Positions 1 through 13,489 of a stretch of DNA of 64,000 nucleotides are shown here, piece by piece (position 1 is the stretch's first letter; each line of letters opens with the position of its first letter). Below the pieces are notes generated by a model, which was not told where the DNA came from, searched no databases, and worked only from the letters and a program-made list of their open reading frames with translations. A program made the position numbers and the translations under genes. The stretch is from contig NC_068982.1 in the NCBI RefSeq assembly GCF_001194135.2, positions 39,589,881 through 39,653,880 on the forward strand. Reading direction: 5' to 3'. Origin of the DNA: Octopus bimaculoides. Lineage: Eukaryota.

Positions 1-254
1 CTTATTCTACAAATGGATGCAAATTGAATGACCTGCCTTTGTTAATAAAAAATAAATTGATGTCCGCTTTCAAATTCTTTCGGTAGAAATCTCGCGTAAA
101 CATATTTTATATAAGTGTGTGTGTATATATAGATATATATAAATATATATGGATGGAAGGATTTATGTATACAAACACGCACAGATAAACAAATATATAA
201 TACATAATATAATACATATATATGTAAATAAACATATATAAACAGACGCAATTT

Positions 255-297
<43 letters not shown>

Positions 298-416
298 NNN
301 NNNNNNNNNNNNNNNNNNNNNNNNNNNNNNNNNNNNNNNNNNNNNNNNNNNNNNNNNNNNNNNNNNNNNNNNNNNNNNNNNNNNNNNNNNNNNNNNNTAA
401 TAATAATAATAATAAT

Positions 417-632
417 AATCCTTTCTACTATAGGCACATGGCCTGGAATATTTAGGGAGGGGGCTAGTTGATTACATCAACCTCAATAGTCAACAGGTAC
501 TTATTTTATCGACCCCGAAAGGATGAAATGCAAAGTCGACCTCGGTGGAATTTGAACTTAGAACGTGAAGACGGACGAAATGCCGCTAAGCTCTTTGTTC
601 GGCGTGCTAACGCTTCTGTCAGCTCACCGCCT
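417..632 (-). mobile_element. tRNA-derived SINE, family A (Meta-domain-like)
   Basis: Reverse complement of the repeat ggcggcgagctggcagaa...gagttcaaattccgccgaggtcgac...cctttcggggtcgataaaataagtacc. It has A-box-like and B-box-like segments and recurs many times in the window. Confidence 0.85.
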
Positions 633-654
633 TAATAAGAATAATGATGATGAT

Positions 655-886
655 GGGTTCTTGGGGACAGTATCAGAATGCCTCAAGAGGAATATAAAGG
701 AAATGGGAATACAGCGCCTGGTATAGCTATTGCAAAGTATTTGCCTCCTTGACACGGCCGGAACGATCAGGAAAGTATTAAATCGTTGAAAAGAACAGAC
801 AGCATGGTACCGTGGACTAGGTAGCAAGTTCGCTGCGCATGCAAAACTCTGGGAGTTCTAAACAAATTCTGACTTAAAAGAAAAAG

Positions 887-953
<67 letters not shown>
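655..953 (+). mobile_element. 3' end of an RLE-type LINE (R4/Dong-like) with (AAT)n tail
   Basis: Frame FLGTVSECLKRNIKEMGIQRLV*LLQSICLLDTAGTIRKVLNR* resembles the RLE C-terminus (LGTV...LQK..LLGTA..LRKVL). It is followed by a short 3'UTR and (AAT)n at 888-953. Confidence 0.7.
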
Positions 954-954
<1 letters not shown>

Positions 955-1082
955 TCACACTGTACACATGTTGCGGTCAATAATTTTAGAAGACATAACC
1001 TTAACTGCATTATAAATACGAGGTCTCCACTTCAGAAGCAAGTAATCGGGAAACAAAAGAAAATTACATAGATTAGAATATG

Positions 1083-1156
1083 TTAAAGCCACTCTGCGAG
1101 CTCTGTTCTTTCTTGTCCTTTATAGTCGCCATACAGCAGTTTCAGCAACCTGTCAA
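1083..1156 (-). CDS. Probable terminal coding exon of an unidentified spliced gene: (V)DRLLKLLYGDYKGQERTELAEWL*
   Basis: Minus-strand acceptor gatgttcatttcAG (ctg at 1157-1159). 74 nt = 2 nt + 23 codons + TAA. GC about 45% against AT-rich flanks. Phase-1 start matches the phase-1 end of exon 3318-3386. Confidence 0.6.
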
Positions 1157-1499
1157 CTGAAATGAACATCAAACCACGCAATAACAACTCAAATTATCAA
1201 TTTCTCTCTAGAACTGAATTTTAAAACTCGTTTACAAGCCATTAACTTGCTAACACATGTAATTCCAACTCTATATCTGCTGAGATAATTTCATATGGTA
1301 ATAACATTTCTTAGTTTAAGATGGACCAGTAACTGTACTGAAAATATTAAATTGATATAAATTTAGTTTTAAGGTATTAGAACTGGAATTTATAATGCGT
1401 CATAGACTGCTGTTTGTAAAAAGTAACAGCACCAGACTTATTATTATGACTTTTAGTAAAAGCAGAAAGTCACAAATCTTAGGGAGACTTAGCATTTCT

Positions 1500-2760
1500 T
1501 AGCTTCTCTTCTGCTCTAGGGAGCGTCGGTTGAAGAGAGATATCAACCCAACATAGACTCAAGCATCGTTACTAGCTTGTTCTCAGACAAGGCTAATATC
1601 CACCAAGTCGTCTGTCACAATCCTCAACAAGTTTTTGATCGGTTTGCGATATGTTGCGCCAAGAAATTCTTCGAATGGTCCAATGGCATTATGCATGGAA
1701 GAAACCAACTCTTCTCTTGATTCTGCTGATGTTTTTCCACGTCTTGCAGAGAATGGACTCCGTCGGAAAAAACAACTGATGAACAAAGGCGCAGTTCCAT
1801 GCATTGGTAGCCAGAGGAATTGAACCACGAAAGCTTCAGGTGCTGAAAGACAGCTGTAGCTTTACCGAATCATTTTTCTTGTCAGTTTTCTATTAGCTAT
1901 TGTTTGCAATACTAATACTCTGGCATGTGAAGCTGTCACAAATCTGAGTCTGACTCCCCAGCTGAAACTGTTCTTGTCATGTTTCCACAGCAATCGTGTC
2001 TTTCCTCTTCTCATTGGTCATTCGAAATAACTTTTGACCTGGTGTTGCTGAGAGCTGATAATGGTGGTAATGTCTTATATTACCGTATTTGTGATACTAA
2101 GGATTCCCGCGTGTTCCGTAGAATCATGTTCGGTAGAGACCTCCCGGCCTACATTTGATGCATTATACTGGATTCGCCCTGGACTTTCTTATGATGAAAT
2201 CCACCACCAACAGAGAAGAGGCATTATACAACCTTGGTGCAACCCTGTAACAATATCGAATATTCCTGTGTTTCAGCCTTTGGTTCTGATGCAGCATTGT
2301 CTTCCAGGACATTGTATCTTCCAGGATGGTATAATGTCTATATTGGGTTGACACATGAAACAGCACGACGGTCATCCATAGAGACTGTATGTGCACGATG
2401 TCAAAGGTCTTCATGAAGTCGATGAAGATGATAACAGTCAATGGATACTGGAACTCGCATTTCAACTGAATCCCACTTGTTCCTCTCGTACATGTTCATC
2501 AGGTGAGCAAAGAGCACACTGAGTAGTAAGGTTCTTCTGTGTGATATTGAGTTGAAAGTAATATGACCCAACTCGTTTTATCTGCTAACGAATATCTAAA
2601 TATACTTGTTTGTCTAGCAACTTGAATACTAGAGTCAACGTTGTCAGATTTGAGTTCCATCTCCTCCCTTAGTTCCATCTTAAGTCGGATAAAGCATGGC
2701 CTTTCAAAATTAATGACACCCGAAGGCAAGGTATTCACAGCCTGTTATAATTACTGAGGT
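1500..2760 (-). mobile_element. Decayed RTE-like LINE reverse transcriptase
   Basis: Peptides EFQYPLTVIIFIDFMKTFDIVHIQSLW (RT FIDF.KAFD.V), VTGLHQGCIMP (G..QG..) and post-RT GKTSAESR. Many stops and frameshifts. Confidence 0.75.
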
Positions 2761-3317
2761 TACTCCCCACCAATATGAGTCCAAGGGAATCTATATTTCT
2801 AGTTAGGATCCCATTCCTAGAATTGCCAAATGAAACAAGCCGAAAATGGGACTCGTGTAAAGCAGGTCCTTATAGCCAAGAGGCTTTAAGTACCCGCTTT
2901 ACACGTCATGATTGAAGCCCTTATGCACAATCTGGTTTGCGGGAGAATAAAAATCGATTGAAAAGTATATTTCTGAATTGACTTGTGCATATTTTATTAC
3001 CCTCGTTTCGAACAATATTTGCGTTTGAGTTATCGTAACGTGTATTAATGTTCTTGTTTGTGTACTGTACTGTGGGCATGAGTAAATGAATTAATTTTGT
3101 GAGTGATTAAGAAAATGATTTGTGATCTATATGTTTATATTCTTTACTTCCATTTCTTTTACGGGCAGCTCTCACTGCTTTTTTCATATAAAGAGACCAC
3201 TTTCAAAAGATTCTAAAACGTATCTACCTATCTATAGACAAAATATGTTTTCTACCTTAAGGTAAAATGAGTGGAAAAGGAAATTTTACAAAGCTTCTCT
3301 TAACAAAATTAACATAC

Positions 3318-3386
3318 CTTTGTTATTTTTTATGTGAAACAAATCCTTGTACATTTCCAGTTCCTCCAGGGGCTGTGTAACATTTG
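3318..3386 (-). CDS. Probable internal coding exon (phase 1-1): (A)NVTQPLEELEMYKDLFHIKNNK
   Basis: Acceptor ttgtcgtttgccaacAG and strong donor aaag|GTATGT (3312-3317). 69 nt with only one frame open, and it joins in frame to exon 1083-1156. Confidence 0.6.
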
Positions 3387-3759
3387 CTGTTGGCAAACGA
3401 CAACCGTAACAACATTGAAAACATCAACTGTAGCATTAAGAACAATAACAATAGTAGCATCAACATCAACAACAATAACAATAACAACAACAATAATAAT
3501 CTTTCCTTTACTAGCAACAGGTACTTAAAATGTTACAAAAACAAAATACATTCATGTTAAACAAGGAGATTACAAAGATGTTTGGATGAGACAAAAAATT
3601 TATAAAAGCACGAGCGGAAGAGTAAAATATGGTGTGAAATGTATAATTTGAACGAATTAAAAATGTATAAATCACTAAAGTTACACAGAAATTAATCTAA
3701 AACTTATGATAAAGGATACAGTAATTAAAATAAAATTTTCGTATAAGAATTAAAATTAA

Positions 3760-4850
3760 TTGTGTTGATCATGGCCCTCCACATTCCCTACCACGTTTCA
3801 CTGTACTTCTTTCCTGCATTGTTTAAAGCAGGAAGAAACTCCACACTCTTTCGCGAGGTCTTCTAATGTCACGGTTGAAAAGACCACGTTTGCTACATCA
3901 TTGAAATATAATACTTGAAAATTTATATGAAATTTGAACAAGTACTTTATTCACACTCCTAAAAGTGGCTCCCATTTCCTGTTCAATCCGTACTTCGTTT
4001 GAGTATTCTTTGTGTATATACGGTATAGAATACTTACAAGAGCTTTGTTTTTCTTGCTAATTTAATTTCATTCTGGGCAGGGGCTAATTCCACCACAAGT
4101 GATTTTCTTATTCTTTCATGTAATAAAGATATTTCTTCAGAGGAGAGAATTTCGTCTTCACAGGATGTGTACTTCATATTGCATTTTCATAGCTTATTCT
4201 ATTTCTTCCTTTGGATAGTTTCCGCACTTTTAGAAAGCGTTCCCCGTCGGCTTCCGTCTGGGCCCAATCTTCATAAATGTTTAGAGTATATTGCTATGAG
4301 GAGGTATCTCTTATTCGCTCTTGTTGCTGTGGGTGATTCTCTTCATCTTTGCCGGTTGTTGTTGGAAGAGGGAAGTTTTGGTACTCTTGGTAATGAGAAC
4401 GAAACAATTGCATTGATGTTTGGTTATGGTCTAATTTTTTAAGACTTCCTGTAAGTTAGATTTTGCTTCCACGTGTTTAACAATTGGGTTATCTACTTTT
4501 GTGGATGTGTCTTAAGCTTTTCATCTGAGTACACTCAACAAGAAATCGGTCTAGTATTGTTTTGTGATCTTTATGTAGTCATGAGGTCTTGTACGACCAT
4601 CGTTATCGATCATTTATTTATATTGTGCCAGGAAGGTGACTACTTGCCAGGATCGACATCGTTAAGGACCTCCCTGAATGTCACACTTGTATTTCTCCTT
4701 CTTAGAGAATTCCGAAAGCAGTTAATGGGAAGAGATACTGCCTATAGTTTTGGTTTGGATTTTCCTTCCGCCTTCTGTTTCAAGAATGGCAAATATGGTG
4801 TAATAAGAACTCATACTTCCCTTGAAAGATATTTGATTTAAAATTTCTGC
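3760..4850. mobile_element. Highly decayed non-LTR retrotransposon-like relic, orientation uncertain
   Basis: Protein-like stretches on both strands (LHVFNNW on +; KSLVVELAP on -) are loosely reminiscent of RLE/CCHC regions. No unambiguous motif. Confidence 0.25.
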
Positions 4851-4924
4851 GAGGGTTGACTCTGTTTCACGCTTGCTCATTATGAAATAGTATGTTATAT
4901 GTTTGGTTAGACAGAAATATGTTA

Positions 4925-5225
4925 CTTCTTGCTTAATTTATTGACCCCAAAAGGATGAAATGCAAAGTCAACCTCGGCGGAATTTGAACTCAGAATGTGA
5001 AAGCGGATGAAATAAGGCTAAGCATTTCGTCCGGCGTTCTAATATATTTCGGAGGAAGTAGTGTTGTCTACATCGACTAGCACTTTATTGACTAGCTCTT
5101 TATTGCATCGATACCAGATAATAAAAAGGCAACGGGATCTGTCCTCGACGGATTTTGGATTTAGGACGTAAAAAGCCGGAAAATACCACGTAGCAATTGT
5201 CGGACGCTTCAACCGTTTTGTCAGT
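4925..5225 (-). mobile_element. Two partial family A SINE copies
   Basis: gaccccaaaaggatgaaatgcaaagtcaacctcggcggaatttgaactcagaa at 4944-5002, with a more diverged copy at 5100-5225. Confidence 0.7.
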
Positions 5226-6250
5226 CTATATTAGCTCACATTTTCGTGAAATGTCTAATCGATTGTATTGATTCTGTATCCCAGTTTTATAAATAAAAGA
5301 AAGATAATCCTTTTCTGAATTACAGCAATGTATATGGCCTTGAGCTTATCTCCTGCTTTGTGGCGTTAATCGGATGAAGGAAATATCAACTTCTTGATAA
5401 AGCATTGGTCTACTGCCGGAGATTTTTATCACTGAATAAATTTTATGTGGTACTGACAGCTCGAGTCGCTACTCAAATCAACAATGCTAGCCCAACTTGG
5501 AACAATGCGATATTATTAGATTGTAGTACCAATTTATAACTGAATGGGTGGTCTGTTTGATGGATGTGCGATGATTTTTAGACATATGATAGGACACAGA
5601 CTAACAATCTCTCTTTTACTAGATGCCTTCTACATTACCCAGTCTACTGTTAACACTTTCCTCACGTGTTATATATTTTTGACACATTGGGTAGATAAAA
5701 GCAAAACAAATGTCTTCGAGACTTCAGCGCATAATGTAAAGCACTGTGACGAAATGCTGCAATAGTATTTAGTTACGAGTGCAGTACCATTATAAACATT
5801 CAGAACTGAGTTTGTCTTTCACCATTTTTGAGTTGATAAAATAAGTGCCAGGTATATATTCGACAATCTTAGCGTTTCCTTTTGTTAGCATGATATCTCA
5901 AGAATTTCCATTCTTATTTCACAAAGAATTAGGCACATCACTGAAGATATGATGTATAAAAATATTCAAGATTAACGTATGATTTGTGTGAGAATGCTCT
6001 AGTATTTGTAGACCGTTGCATGACTATTTCCTGAAACGTGCCTAAGTATATATTTATAGATAACCAGTCAATGTCTTGACAGAAGCGATTATCTTTAATT
6101 CCGTTTGTACCAATTGGATGATGGACACAATTCATACATGTAGTAATCTGTTTATTTTAATCACAAAGTCAGCGTAATTCTTTAGTTATTCAAACAGCTT
6201 CTGCCCATCGTTAATGTTGTTACTGTAGCTATAGTTATTATTGTTGTAAT

Positions 6251-6355
6251 TCTTCTTCTTCTTCTTCTTCTTCTTCTTCTTCTTCTTCTTCTTCTTCTTC
6301 TTCTTCTTCTTCTTCTTCTTCTTCTTCTTCTTCTTCTTCTTCTTCTTCTTCTTCA
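6251..6355. repeat. (CTT)n microsatellite
   Basis: Perfect CTT run. Confidence 0.98.
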
Positions 6356-6475
6356 TAAAACACCGGATTATTCATTTACAAAGACAGAAAAAGGGAGGGG
6401 GTAGAAAGACAGATAAAAAAAGAAAAAATGAAAAAAAGAAAACAAAGAAAATAAATGGGAAGAAGGAGAGAAAAT

Positions 6476-7735
6476 TCACAGCGACAATGCTTTTCTCAAT
6501 ACGTAAGACGTACCAGTTAAGACAATCTTTTGCACTTCCTGCGTGGATGGTAAGCCAGAGATCATCCTCCAATAATTTTCAGTTCCTTTTCTGATCATTC
6601 CAAGTGCTCCTACAATCACTGGTATTGTCACCGTCTTGAAATGTCACATTTTTTCGCTTTCAATCAGCAGATCTTTATATTTTATGAGCTTACCAAATTA
6701 TTTTGCCGAGATATTATGATCACAAGGTATACTCAAGTCAATCAATAAACAGATTTTATTGTCTTGTTCTTTCACAATAATATCTAGTTTATTAGCTTTG
6801 ACGGTCCCATCTGTATGCACTGGAATATCCCAAAGAACTGTTACAATTACACCCTCAGTTACAACCTCAGGGTGGTGCTTGTACCATTTGTCAGCAGTTT
6901 TGATTTTATAATGTGGACATATTAGCCTATGCAGATATTGACCAACTCTCTCATGTCTTGATTTATACTCTGCTGGTGTGAAAAAAATCTTACACCCTGG
7001 GATTAGGTGGTCCACTGTTTCAATCTTATCGTTGCAATATCGGCACTTTGGGTCTACTCCGTTTTCCTCACATTGGCTTGGTAGTTCCGGGTCAATAAGC
7101 TCTGATCTTGAGCAGCTAAGATAAGGCCTTTACTCTTTGCCTTTAACCCTGAACTCCGTAGCCACTGATAGATGCGCTTCTGGTCTACATCACCTTCGTT
7201 GCTACGAGCCAAACATTTGACATGCAGAGGTTTTTGTTCTCAACTATCAGCCAAATGTTCAAAAGCTTTTTGCTTTGCCATTGATTTCACCTTCTTTGCA
7301 ACAAGATTTGCCACACTTCCATCATACTCTTCAACCTGGATATTATGCATAAACTAACGAGCAAATATTTTGCTCTCTTTCGTGACAGAATGGAGCTTCT
7401 TATGTCTCTCGTGGGTTTTAACGACTTTTAGCATCCAGTCGTATGATGTTTCAAGATATTTGGCCAGTCCAGTTATGGTGGTTTAGTAAGAAATTTCAAA
7501 CTAGATTAAGCCTCAATCTCCTTGAGCTTTGTGGAAGGTAAAGACGATCTGTGCCTGCCTTTGGGTGATCCATGTTATTGCAGGCTTGTAGCTTATGGAT
7601 TTTCCTGTCAATGTTCCTTATGTCGCTCATATTCCAGTCCAACACATGGAAACTATAACAACTGGAACTGCTAAGGAATTTATGTCTAAAACCTTGTAAT
7701 AGGCATTTCACTCAGATTTTAGGACTGCTCGAACT
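6476..7735 (-). mobile_element. 5'-truncated R4/Dong-like LINE (RT C-terminus, CCHC, RLE endonuclease), decayed
   Basis: AQDQSLLTRNYQAN...KCRYCNDKIETVDHLIPGC (CCHC), RHERVGQYLH, WYKHHPE..TEG..VTVLWDIPVHTDGTVKANKLDII (RLE PD motif), CLLIDLSIPCDHNISAK, ending QEVQKIVLTGTSYVLRKALSL*. Confidence 0.9.
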
Positions 7736-7884
7736 CTACTATTATTATCATTATTATCATTATTATTATTTCTCTTTATCACATGTTTTGTTGGAGCTCC
7801 TGGAGTCTTACATTCGTAGCGGGCTTGCTACCTGCAGCCCACGATATCATGCTATCCATTCTCTTCAGCTATGTAATGCTTTCT

Positions 7885-8706
7885 TATTAGGTCGTCAAGT
7901 ATGAAATTTGTAGTAAGGTATATAGTAAACTTTGACAGCTGCTCATTTTGCAACATCATTATATTTTGACAATCTTTATTTTTTATTAGAAAGCCGACAC
8001 ATCTATTTCTTTATACTAACTCATTTTGTGCTTCATAAAGTATTTATAAATCGTTTTTTGCTATTTTTGTTTAGAGATGGATAAGTCGGAAATTCGTACA
8101 GTTTTGAAATATGAGTTATTTCTTGGAAATACAGCATTACAAACAGCTCGGAATATTAATGGGGTATTTCATTCTAATATTATTACACAGTAGAAAGTAT
8201 CAAATCGGTTTACAAAACTTCGTTCTGGTAACTTTGACCTCACAAATGACCAACGCGGTCGACCAGAAACAGAGGTGGAAGATGACAAACTGAAAGCCAC
8301 CGCCGAGTCAGATCCATCTCAAAGTGAGGTCCACATAAACTCAATGAAAATTCGAAACAACAACGTTTGGAAGCCTGCATTATGCTACTTTCTCATCACA
8401 AGAATGAATAATTTTTTAATTGAATTGTAACATGTGATGAGAAATGGATGCAATACAACAACCGTAAACGTTCAGCACAAAGATGAGCCACCAAAACACA
8501 GTCCAGAAAGCAAAATTCACCGAAGGAAACTGATGATATGTGTTTGGTGGTCTGGCGCAGGTGTGATCCATTATATTATTAAACCTGGCTCATCAATCAC
8601 GGCCGAAGTATACTGCAGCCAACTGGACCAAATGATGCAAAAACTTACAAAAAAACAGCCTAGATTAGGCAACAGATCCACTCCTATTTTATTGTAAGAC
8701 AACGCT
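7885..8706 (+). mobile_element. Mariner transposon relic, 3'-truncated
   Basis: ATG at 8077 gives MDKSEIRTVLKYE. Further peptides: RPETEVEDDKLK, TCDEKWMQYNNRKRS, KLMICVWWSGAGVIHY, ITAEVYCSQLD, PILL*DNA (mariner DD34D region). TA + ttaggtcgtc is a putative left TIR. Confidence 0.9.
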
Positions 8707-8790
8707 AGCGGTTCGGCAAGAGAGACCGATAGAATAAGTACTAAGCTTACAAAGAATAAGTCCTGGGGTCGATTTATTCAACTAAAGGCC
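8707..8790 (+). mobile_element. 3' tail fragment of family B SINE
   Basis: gcggttcggcaagagagaccgatagaataagtact...tcctggggtcgattt, the reverse complement of the tails seen at 37855-38060 and elsewhere. Confidence 0.75.
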
Positions 8791-8911
8791 CTCGGATAGT
8801 TCTTAAGTACCGGTAATTCTTTACTTGAAAGCAGGCAATAACAAATCACCAAAGGTTTCAAGCAATGCCTTCTCCTGTGACTCAAAGAAACAACACTCTC
8901 CTTAGAATGAA

Positions 8912-8914
8912 TTA

Positions 8915-8984
<70 letters not shown>

Positions 8985-9027
8985 CGTTATTATTATTATT
9001 ATCATTATTATTATTATTATTATTATC
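8912..9027. repeat. (ATT)n microsatellite
   Basis: Near-perfect ATT run. Confidence 0.97.
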
Positions 9028-9269
9028 ATCGTTATATGTATTCCCCCATATTACTCTTATGGTGAGGTTATTGCTGTAAATAATCTGTTCTGATTTCAAA
9101 CTACAAGGAAGAAGCAATTTAATTTGTACAGAATGTCAATTCAATTCTTTTACAGATGTCAATTCAGTCGGTTAAAGTCATTTCCTTCATGTATATTACT
9201 TCATAACCAAGTGTCAGCAAATCGTTGTTTATCTCTTATCTTTCTTTACTTCTTATCTTTCTTTACTAC

Positions 9270-9554
9270 TTATCTCTCTTGACCTCTTCCTTAGTTTTTA
9301 TCATTCTTTTATCGAACCGATGAGTTACGGGGTTGTAAGCAAACCAGCCACACCGGTTGCCAAGTGGTGAAGGGGGCAAACAGAAACATCAAGATACACA
9401 CACACNNNNNNNNNNNNNNNNNNNNNNNNNNNNNNNNNNNNNNNNNNNNNNNNNNNNNNNNNNNNNNNNNNNNNNNNNNNNNNNNNNNNNNNNNNNNNNN
9501 NNNNNNNNNNNNNNNNNNNNNNNNNNNNNNNNNNNNNNNNNNNNNNNNNNNNNN

Positions 9555-9587
<33 letters not shown>

Positions 9588-9700
9588 TCTACCAAATCTG
9601 CTGAGAAGGCTTTGGTCGACTCGAGGCTATAATAGAAGAGACACAGTAGAAATGAACCCGGAACCAGGTACCTGGGAAGCAGACGTCTTACTACATAGTG
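9270..9700 (-). mobile_element. Family B SINE (OR2/CORE-like) with internal CA/TA microsatellite, split by a gap
   Basis: Tail ttttatcgaaccgatgagttacgggg, then (CA)n-N-(TA)n, then head accaaatctgctgagaaggctttggtcgac...gaacccggaacc. Confidence 0.75.
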
Positions 9701-10014
9701 ACGCCACATTTTACGATAGATTTTATCATTGCAAACACGAGGCAGCAAACACACGTAAGATAATGTAGTGTGACATATCTTATATCTAAAAAAGGTCGGA
9801 GCTTGTACCACTGGAACGTTTCTTATCATAGATTTGATGGATTAGAGTTGACCGGCAAGTAAACAATAGCAAATACATAATAAGAATATATTATAGGAGA
9901 AATAATGAATTTGAGGACAATGGTAACTGCAGGAATTCTTTTATAGAATATTTAATTGGCGAGTTCAATAACTTTGAGTGAAGCATATAACGCTTCGGGT
10001 TCTTATACTTTGTC

Positions 10015-10015
10015 A

Positions 10016-10104
<89 letters not shown>

Positions 10105-10110
10105 AGAGAG
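10015..10110. repeat. (AG)n microsatellite
   Basis: Long AG run. Confidence 0.98.
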
Positions 10111-13100
10111 AAAATTTTGTTGTTACTCTGTTTATTAACCACACAATTATGACATAGATGAATGATATTAGGTGGTATGGAGAGTTAGGAAACGGCCGAA
10201 AGAAACGAGGTTCAAAGAGATAAAAAATCAGTGATACGAGCTGATCATACGAAGATGAAGTTATAATTGGGCAAGGGAGGTAAAAAGAGTCAATTCTTTA
10301 AGCCAGGCAGAAAAGGAAGTGGTATTCAGGTAGAGTGAGTCGAATAGTAAGTGCAAAAAGTGTGAGAAAAGAGCAAGTGCACATAGGAAACAAAAAGACG
10401 AAATAAAAAAATTCGACATAAATATTAAATAAAACATGGGTATACTGCCTGATAATATATTCACGGGACAATATATTGTTTTGGAACAATCATTTCATTA
10501 GGCTGGTCAAATAAGCTTATTATCTTCAAGACCGAAGAAAAAGGCGCTCGTTCAGACGGTGTTAGATTCAAATTCAGCCGATTTGGAGAAAATGCATAGC
10601 AAGCGATTTAGTTAACCTATGTCTGTAAAGTATTGTGAAAAATCTTGTAAAGTGCTTTATTTAGGGAAAATCCTTAGGGTTGTTATTCCATTGACAACTA
10701 GTCGGAAATAGAATGAACAAGTTACATTTTTCGGTTATCTTTATCGAGTTTATATTTTGCAATGTTTCTGTCAATGGAATGCTTTAATCGACATAAAACT
10801 GTTCTAGGAGAAATTTCTCCAAAGTGTAATTCAGGGGAGTCGAACGTGAGATCACTTTGTTGGAAATCGAACTTCTTAATCACAAGGCTGCACCAGTTGC
10901 ATATTCTCTTCGTTTATTGTGCAGCAGCATTATATCATTCAAAGTTAACATAACGAAGATAATAGTCTTGATACTACTTGTCTTTCTGTAATATCCTCTA
11001 GCTTATGTCAGCAAAATTGCGATTCATTTCCTCATTGTTTCTATTAGAAATTATTTGACGTTATCTGTGATAAGTAAATTTTTACAGAGAAAGGAAGCGC
11101 AATGTTGAAATCTATCTGTTTTTGAAAAAGGTACTAAGCAAGTTGTCGTCGAGTTAGATTTTAAACAAACTATCCAGGAGTTAAATTTTATATTTTATCA
11201 ACTTGTAATAGAATCAAAATCTATTATTCAGGTACTTTTAAGCATTTGTTGAAACAGCTTTAGATTATTCGCATACTTACTTACACTGTCTATAAAAATA
11301 ATACATTTTCTCAAAAATTGTTTAGCAATCATTTATTCAGTTCTCTCTGCCATGTTATGATTGGAGCAAAGAATCATTATTGTAAACATTCAGGTGAATA
11401 ATGTTACTTTATTCCATTCAATTTCAGTTATACATGAATTTAATAAACGCTGTATAATGTTATCATAAAACAATTTCTTGTAGAATTTTACTGTGAATTT
11501 TCAGTATTCAGTATCTAGAAAACGAAAAGCCTTAGAACAAACTATATATATATTTTTTGCCGCTTCACAGGAAAGTTATGTATGACATTTATTTTGAAAA
11601 ATAACTGCTGAAATTGCACTCAATTATTTGTTAAGAAAGTATGGCAGATTAAAAATGACAGAAAATTAAAATGGGAGAGTATTCGCAAGAAACAGTGACG
11701 CTTAAAGGCTGAAAACTGTAGTAATGTCATTAAAGGAAAGTTTCGAAAATACGGCTGTGCGCTGTCAAATACTGTTTTCTCTCTCATTTAAAGCTTCTTT
11801 CTTTTTCTGTATCTCTCTCTGAAATAGTGGTATAGAGTGATAGAAAGTAAATGATTTCAAGACAACAGAGAAATAAGGGAGAATTAGCAAGGGAGATCGC
11901 TGGCGCCTGATTTTTTATATTTTTATGGCTATCACCTTTAGCAGCTTTTATAAGTCGTAATTTGATTTCGGTATTTTAGAATTCGTAGCATCAACATGTT
12001 AACAAATCTTCAAATTTTATTTTATAGTCTTCTACATATAAATATACATACATGAATCTTATTTTTATTAACCAAATCTGTCTCAAATCATACCATATTC
12101 TCCTATGCAAGTTTGCTTGTATGCAATAACCTAACGCAGACGACCTCTATATTGTAAGCACAACTGACAGAAATAACAGCCGATACACCCCCTTGCCCCC
12201 TCAGAAATATGTATGATGATTACACCCACCACTATAGGTTAACGAAACATTAATTAATTAACCAGATAATTGCTAGGTAGTAGGTAATCTTATGGTTCCT
12301 CTCAGCTACACCACGGCACATATGTGTTATATCTATAACCTGGAAAAAAGCCTTCTGCCTGTGAGAAGGAAAGTGAGTTGTGTTGTGACCGGGAAACTAA
12401 ATTTGCATGGTACTTACATTTTGCTAAATGACACTTACCAGAGATTATTTTTAAAATTAATTACTTTATCATAATGTATAAAGCTACTTAAATAGATGAC
12501 ATACATTACTTTCTAAATGCACAGTATCATTTTAAAAGCTACCTAAAGAAATTGTACATAAATGCTATCAGAATGGTCGAAAGTAAAATCAATATTAATC
12601 ATCAAACTCAGCCGTTGCTCTTATGCTATGTTATATATCTGTTTATTTATTTCTTCGTTTATTTATATTTTTATATCTCTATTTATTGAATGAAAAAATA
12701 ATCCTCTAGTTCTTAAAGACATCAGGATATTTACTAAGATGACGAAAGTGATGGTGGTGGTGGTGGTGGTGGTGGTCGGGATGATGATGATGATGAATTG
12801 AGGAAAGAAGAAAAGGGTAAGTTATTGAGCTGTATAAACTGAAGTCTCTATAGAAATCTTAGTGTAGGCGGTATGAGTGTATTTTTTTATACGATTTCAG
12901 AAGAATATTTGAACACGCCAAGATATATGGATTTGTTTCGAATAAAGTAATGTTATTTACGGATATTTACCTATATAAAAGCAGTGACTTTTGTTATTTA
13001 GATATATAGGTTTTAACATTTTCGGTTTGTTACGGTGATAGTGCTTGTAGCAGTGATAATTTTTTTTTCTCTACATTCGTATTTCCTAGAAAAAGTTTAT

Positions 13101-13489
13101 AAAATACCTACACAAATCATCTCTGCTTATGTGGTCAGAACTCTTCTGTATAACTTTCACACAACATTTTGTTTTTATTACTAGTAACAAAACAAATGCT
13201 TTTGTAACTAAGGGATAAAACTATGATGATACGATGAAAGGAACTGACCGAAAAATTACATCTATGCTCTATCTAATATAAAGCTTACTTGTTTTACTTT
13301 GTAATTTTTTTTATATAATTACCATTTTCCCACGCAGACCATCGTTAATTTCTCTTGATTCTACTGTTTCAGAATGAATTTGTAAATAAGAAGAATGACA
13401 TTTGTACGATGCTAGCAACGTAATTGAAAGGAATTGAAATTAGCATCGACTATATATTAAAATATGATTACAACACTGACATTCCAATT

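Noticed and set aside
12213-12250. AUGAUGA UUAC...GUUAAC GAAAC hammerhead-like words
   Set aside because: Core C3/U4 is altered and the stems are poor; at best a dead relic.
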